Shown here: positions 36,511 to 41,786 of the stretch, in pieces
How the letters are laid out: every line of letters begins with the position of its first letter
Position numbering within the stretch: the first letter of the stretch is position 1
NCBI RefSeq assembly: GCF_001194135.2
Contig: NC_069000.1
Location: 5,652,976 to 5,694,761 of the forward strand
Length of the DNA: 41,786 bases
Direction of reading: 5' to 3'
From: Octopus bimaculoides
Taxonomy: Eukaryota
Notes under the pieces: generated by a model
The model's input: only the letters and a program-made list of their open reading frames with translations
What the model was told of the DNA's origin: nothing
Database searches by the model: none
Program-made: the position numbers and the translations under genes

Positions 36511-37018
36511 TCTTTTATGAATATTAATGTTATTTTAATAAATTTCTTTCTTAAATTTAAACTTCCCCCATCCCAACACCTCCACCCATTTCCTATTTTC
36601 GTTGTCGTATTTCTGTATATATTTTTTAATTTATTTTTTGTTAGTTTTTGCCTAAGCTATTTGTACATTATTATCTTACATAGTTTAAAAAAATTTTTTT
36701 TTAACTTTTTCTATTGTTATTTGCGTTTTGCTGTTTTAAATGTTTTAATATTATAGTTCTCTGTAAAATTATTGATTTTTGTTTTTTTAAGGGATTTTAT
36801 TTTTTCCCGATTGATTTGTTGTAAAATTGTATTTTTCTTATATACTAATCTCCATAATAAAACAAACCAACAACAACAACAACAATGATAATGATGATAA
36901 TAATAAGAATAATGTTCGTTATGCGTCGACATAAATATATATATGTGAATATATGTATATATGTATATATGTATATATGAGTAAATATATATATATGTTT
37001 ATATATGCATATATATAT

Positions 37019-37049
<31 letters not shown>

Positions 37050-37290
37050 NNNNNNNNNNNNNNNNNNNNNNNNNNNNNNNNNNNNNNNNNNNNNNNNNNN
37101 NNNNNNNNNNNNNNNNNNNNNNNNNNNNNNNNNNNNNNNNNNNNNNNNNNNNNNNNNNNNNNNNNNNNNNNNNNNNNNNNNNNNNNNNNNNNNNNNNNNN
37201 NNNNNNNNNNNNNNNNNNNNNNNNNNNNNNNNNNNNNNNNNNNNNNNNNNNNNNNNNNNNNNNNNNNNNNNNNNNATATATAGATGTATG

Positions 37291-37324
<34 letters not shown>

Positions 37325-38003
37325 TATTAGTGTGGGTGTAGCTGTCAAACTGCGTATATGTGTGTGTGTATACGTTTAAACGTTTGTGTGGGTGGATTTA
37401 TATGCAGTTTTTCGACATTATAGTTTATATTTTACGAATTATAGAAAATTATTCGCCTGTTTGACGAGAGGAAAATATAGAGGAAATGTAATAAAGACGA
37501 TGATGATGGAACTGATGATGGTGATAAAAAAAAAGGCAAGAAAGCGAGAGGGAAAGATATAGGGAGACGGAGACAGAGTCACAGAAAGAGCGGGAAATCC
37601 AAGAAAGACAGGGACAGAGAATTAAAGACTATAAGACCTTATATGACAGGTTGTTGTATGGTGAATGGGTAATTATTATTCGGGAGATAAATATTTTTAT
37701 TTTCCGTTAGCTTTTAAAATAATCGGACATCAATATGATGCTTTTGCATGTTACAAAAATAAACCCCAGGAAAAAAATTATTGGCATTTTATATTCTAAG
37801 ATATTGTTACATATAATGTTATTTTCTTCAAATTTTTCCAAAATAAAAAAGGAATTTTTTTTTCTATCTCTCTTTTATTAATCCTCGTTTTTTGTGAAGA
37901 TCTTTAGTTTTGCTTCTTTTTTTTTTTTTTTTGAATATTTTTTCCGCCCTTTAAAAATCTTTTATCGAATGTTTGTTCATGCAATACTTTGAAGCGTTGA
38001 AGT

Positions 38004-38134
38004 AAAATGGCGCCCGAGATGAAAATGGCGTCAATATAACAAGTGCAACGGCAACAGCAACAAACAACCACATTTGAAAATGGTGGTGCTCGGATGTTGT
38101 CAGGAAGTATATATAATTAATCAGTTATCGTATG
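38004..38134 (+). promoter_or_regulatory. Candidate first exon or promoter-proximal region: two AAAATGGCG (YY1-type) motifs, ATG at 38080 and a strong donor
   Basis: AAAATGGCG at 38004-38012 and 38022-38030; aaaATGG opens MVVLGCCQEVYIINQLSY; donor ATG|GTGAGT at 38135. Confidence 0.3.
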
Positions 38135-38569
38135 GTGAGTAAAAATATTCCATTGCCGATAAAAATATCCATATCACAAAAAAAACTTGGAAGGGCTAAA
38201 CAAAAATATGAATATAAAATACGAAACGACATTCTATTTATTATTATTTTTTGTTATTTAAATTCATTTTAAGGAAGTTGTCGTAAAGGAAAGCATTCTT
38301 TTACTATTCTAAATTCGATTTAATAGCGCTAACATTTCACCCCTATTTTAATGTCATCCCGATGATCGTATGTATGTGTGTGTGTGTGTATGTGTGTGTG
38401 TGTGTGTGTGTATATATTTATATATATGTATATATATATATATATATACACATATATATACATATATATAGCCATATATTTATATAGATATGTATATACA
38501 CGAATATACATNNNNNNNNNNTAGCCATATATTTATATAGATATGTATATACACGAATATACATCATAC

Positions 38570-38631
<62 letters not shown>

Positions 38632-38775
38632 ATAAAAATTTACATGCATAGCACCTATATACATATATGTATTTACATATATATGTATATACCTATATAT
38701 NNNNNNNNNNATATACATATACATATACATGATCTCCAGGAGATCCAGCAAAACCTGTGATAAAGAAAAAATAAT

Positions 38776-38956
38776 AATCGTTTTTATTATAGGCGCAAGA
38801 CCTGACTTTTTGCTGGGGAGGGGCCCCGGAATTTTACTGGTACTTTATTTATCGACCCCGAAAGAATGAAAGGCAAAGTCGGCCGCGGCGTAATTTGAAC
38901 TCAGAGCGTAGCGACGGGCGAAACACCGCCAACGACTCTGCCAGCCCATCGCCTTA
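38776..38956 (-). mobile_element. SINE family B with internal deletions
   Basis: ACTGGTACTTTATTTATCGACCCCGAAAGAATGAAAGGCAAAGTC..AATTTGAACTCAGAGCGTA..CTGCCAGC..CGCCTT. Confidence 0.9.
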
Positions 38957-38960
38957 CTTT

Positions 38961-38989
<29 letters not shown>

Positions 38990-38991
<2 letters not shown>

Positions 38992-39200
38992 TGTCAGAAA
39001 GACAGCAACTTTAAGGGGTGAGAATAGGGCGATACAATCGACCTCAGTATATCACTGGTACTTTGTTTTGTCAACTCCGAGAGTAAGAATGGGAAAACAT
39101 TGGCATCGGCAGGATTTGTATTCAGAACGTCAAAAGACCAAAGTAATTCTGCAAGATTTTTAATCCGACACTTTATAGACAGTGTCTGCTCACCGCCTCA
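38990..39200 (-). mobile_element. SINE family B, older degenerate copy in tandem with the previous one
   Basis: ATCGACCTCAGT..ACTGGTAC..GGATTTG.A.TCAGAACGT..CACCGCCT. Confidence 0.7.
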
Positions 39201-39708
39201 ACAACCACAACAAGCAATAACATATTATTGACAGACATGGCGATATAAGTATTAAAGAGAATAGACAGTTTCCTTAATATTCTAAATATGTTTCTGTGCA
39301 TTATAATAGGCAATATCTCACAACGATCAAACTCTTAAAATAAGCGAAGGCTATATGTATATATTCTCTTCTTTGATATATATAAATCATCGACCCCAGT
39401 TGCCCTTCTACATCTCATTCGATCTTTATCTAATTTGGTTTTACTATCGTCTAGGTCTTGTCTACTATTTCACCATTTTTATTTTCATATTTTACTTATG
39501 GTTTTCTTTCTTATATAAGCAATGTACAGCGCTTGACAGTCACACGATATAAAAGCGCATCTTTTGATGCAAGTCTGATAAAGTGCCACAGATATTTCGT
39601 AACTTTTCACATTAAATTTTTCGCGGAATGGCGTGAAAATCAAGGCGGTGGCGAAACATTTGTTACAGGTGAAGATATGCTAAACTCATTCTTCGTTTTG
39701 TGATCTGG

Positions 39709-39756
<48 letters not shown>

Positions 39757-40118
39757 NNNNNNNNNNNNNNNNNNNNNNNNNNNNNNNNNNNNNNNNNNNN
39801 NNNNNNNNNNNNNNNNNNNNNNNNNNNNNNNNNNNNNNNNNNNNNNNNNNNNNNNNNNNNNNNNNNNNNNNNNNNNNNNNNNNNNNNNNNNNNNNNNNNN
39901 NNNNNNNNNNNNNNNNNNNNNNNNNNNNNNNNNNNNNNNNNNNNNNNNNNNNNNNNNNNNNNNNNNNNNNNNNNNNNNNNNNNNNNNNNNNNNNNNNNNN
40001 NNNNNNNNNNNNNNNNNNNNNNNNNNNNNNNNNNNNNNNNNNNNNNNNNNNNNNNNNNNNNNNNNNNNNNNNNNNNNNNNNNNNNNNNNNNNNNNNNNNN
40101 NNNNNNNNNNNNNNNNNN

Positions 40119-40178
40119 GGACTGGAGCAACGGGAAATAAAGTGTCTGGCTCAAGGACAAGGGCACAACGCGCCGGAT
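40119..40178 (-). mobile_element. SINE family C fragment abutting a gap
   Basis: GGACTGGAGCAACGGGAAATAAAGTGTCTGGCTCAAGGAC is the complement of about 6735-6770. Confidence 0.8.
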
Positions 40179-40195
40179 TACACTACCCCCACCCC

Positions 40196-40256
<61 letters not shown>

Positions 40257-40873
40257 ATTATTATTATTATTCAAAGCTGCGTTTGCATGAGTCAGCCACT
40301 CCGTACAAGTACATACTTGTCTTTCAACAAATATCAGTATTTCAGTACACTTGTTGACATTACTCCTAGTGAGTACATTTTCCTCGTAATTGCGGTTTAC
40401 ATTGTTGTAAAGCAGTGAATCCTTTTTCTGTACTCAGCTACCTATAGCTCTGTGCTTTTTTTCTATGTATCTATTTTTCTGCACGTTTGTGTTCGCATTT
40501 GATTGTGTGAATGCATCACTGATTGGTAGTCAAAGTCATGTTGATCTATATTTTGTACACATTTCATGTAATTGTAATGCTGAGCTAATTCGGTGATAAT
40601 GCAGAGATAATGCGATGACATTACCGTGACATAACCGATGAAAATATGCTGATACTGCAGTAGCTGCACAGACAGCTTTGAAAACGTAAAATTTAATATT
40701 TTCGCTAACAGTGTTAGAGCTTGAATAAATTTAGATTAGTTGCAGTAAAAACAAAAAACACATAAGGAAATATAAAAGGGGGAGAAAAACAAAAGTAGGA
40801 ACACAAAAACGAAGCCAGGCAAGATTACAACACTACAATGAAAGGAAAACGGAAGAACAGAAGATAAACAGAC

Positions 40874-40949
<76 letters not shown>

Positions 40950-41286
40950 GTAGACCAGAAAGACATTTTCCAATGACATTCATGATGTATACTAGTTATA
41001 TTCTTTTGAGAGCCTTCTTTATTGTAGATCATGATATCTGAATAAACTGTATGAACTGCGTATCGGTTCTTTTGGTAACCTATCTCTTTGCGTAGTTCCG
41101 AAATGCGTACAGAAGAATACATTCTTTCACAAATAAAGGAAGTTGTGTGTTGGAACCAAGCGGAGTGTCGTTAGTCTAAAATGCACGTAGGCAGCTTTCA
41201 CAAATTTGTCTTTTATTTCAAAACGGAAATAGGAAAACAAGCTGCTGGAAACAAATTCTACTCAAAATGAGATAGATAGATGGATG

Positions 41287-41351
<65 letters not shown>

Positions 41352-41567
41352 ACGGACAGACAGGCAGATAAATAGATGGAAGGGTAGAGGGAGTGAGACG
41401 CAGGGATGAGACAGAGAGAAACAAGGAGAGAAGATGAAGAATGGCGTTGTTCTGAACTAAAGCTAATCTAAGACATGTACGATGGAATAGTTTTGGAAAT
41501 ATAATGGTTGTGGAATGGTTTGGTGAGTTTGTATTTGGAAAGATAACAGTGGTTTCAGATTTTGGGT

Positions 41568-41766
41568 CAAGACTAGTAATTACTGGGGAGGATCTGGTCA
41601 ATCACATCGACCCCTGTACTCTGATGCTACTTATTCTATCGATCACAACAGGACGAAAGACAATGTCGATCTCAGCTGAAATTGAACGTGAAAGAGTAAA
41701 GACAGACGACTTGACACTAAGCATTTTGTCCGGCTTACTAGTGATTCTGCTAACTCGCTGTCTTAA
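41568..41766 (-). mobile_element. SINE family B, degenerate full length
   Basis: CACATCGACCCC.GTACTC..TACTTATT.TATCGA..AATTGAAC..CTAAGCATTTTGTCCGGC..GATTCTGCTAACTCGCTGTCTT. Confidence 0.8.
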
Positions 41767-41786
41767 GAAGAAGTAGGAGGAGGAGG

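Noticed and set aside
38469-38564. Identical 43-bp sequence on both sides of a 10-N gap
   Set aside because: Typical unmerged contig overlap (assembly artefact), not a biological duplication.

Overview
AT-rich eukaryotic genomic DNA, extremely dense in microsatellites, with 17 assembly gaps (about 3.5 kb of N, nearly all flanked by simple repeats). The SINE families and repeat landscape match what I recognise from coleoid cephalopods (Octopus-like); this is recognition, not a database result. The window reads as intronic or intergenic. Almost all listed ORFs are microsatellite or N artefacts, and no gene can be named. Supported content: about 17 copies or fragments of three tRNA-derived SINE families, a mariner transposase fragment, a 5'-truncated restriction-like-endonuclease (R4/Dong-type) LINE embedded in (CATA)n, two C2H2-bearing LINE 3' fragments, and a Penelope-type terminal repeat with a minimal hammerhead-like fold. 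No CRISPR array, operon, rRNA or true tRNA gene is present, and I found no demonstrable new biological system. The best leads are hypotheses: (1) an in-frame 21-nt heptad array at 18.3-18.6 kb with a coiled-coil pattern; (2) two small minus-strand exons (50 nt and 27 nt) that would splice into a kelch-like repeat, next to a 13-bp tandem array of 5' splice-site-like motifs; (3) apparent microsatellite targeting by the LINE; (4) the hammerhead-like motif; (5) recurrent head-to-head SINE pairs able to form dsRNA.
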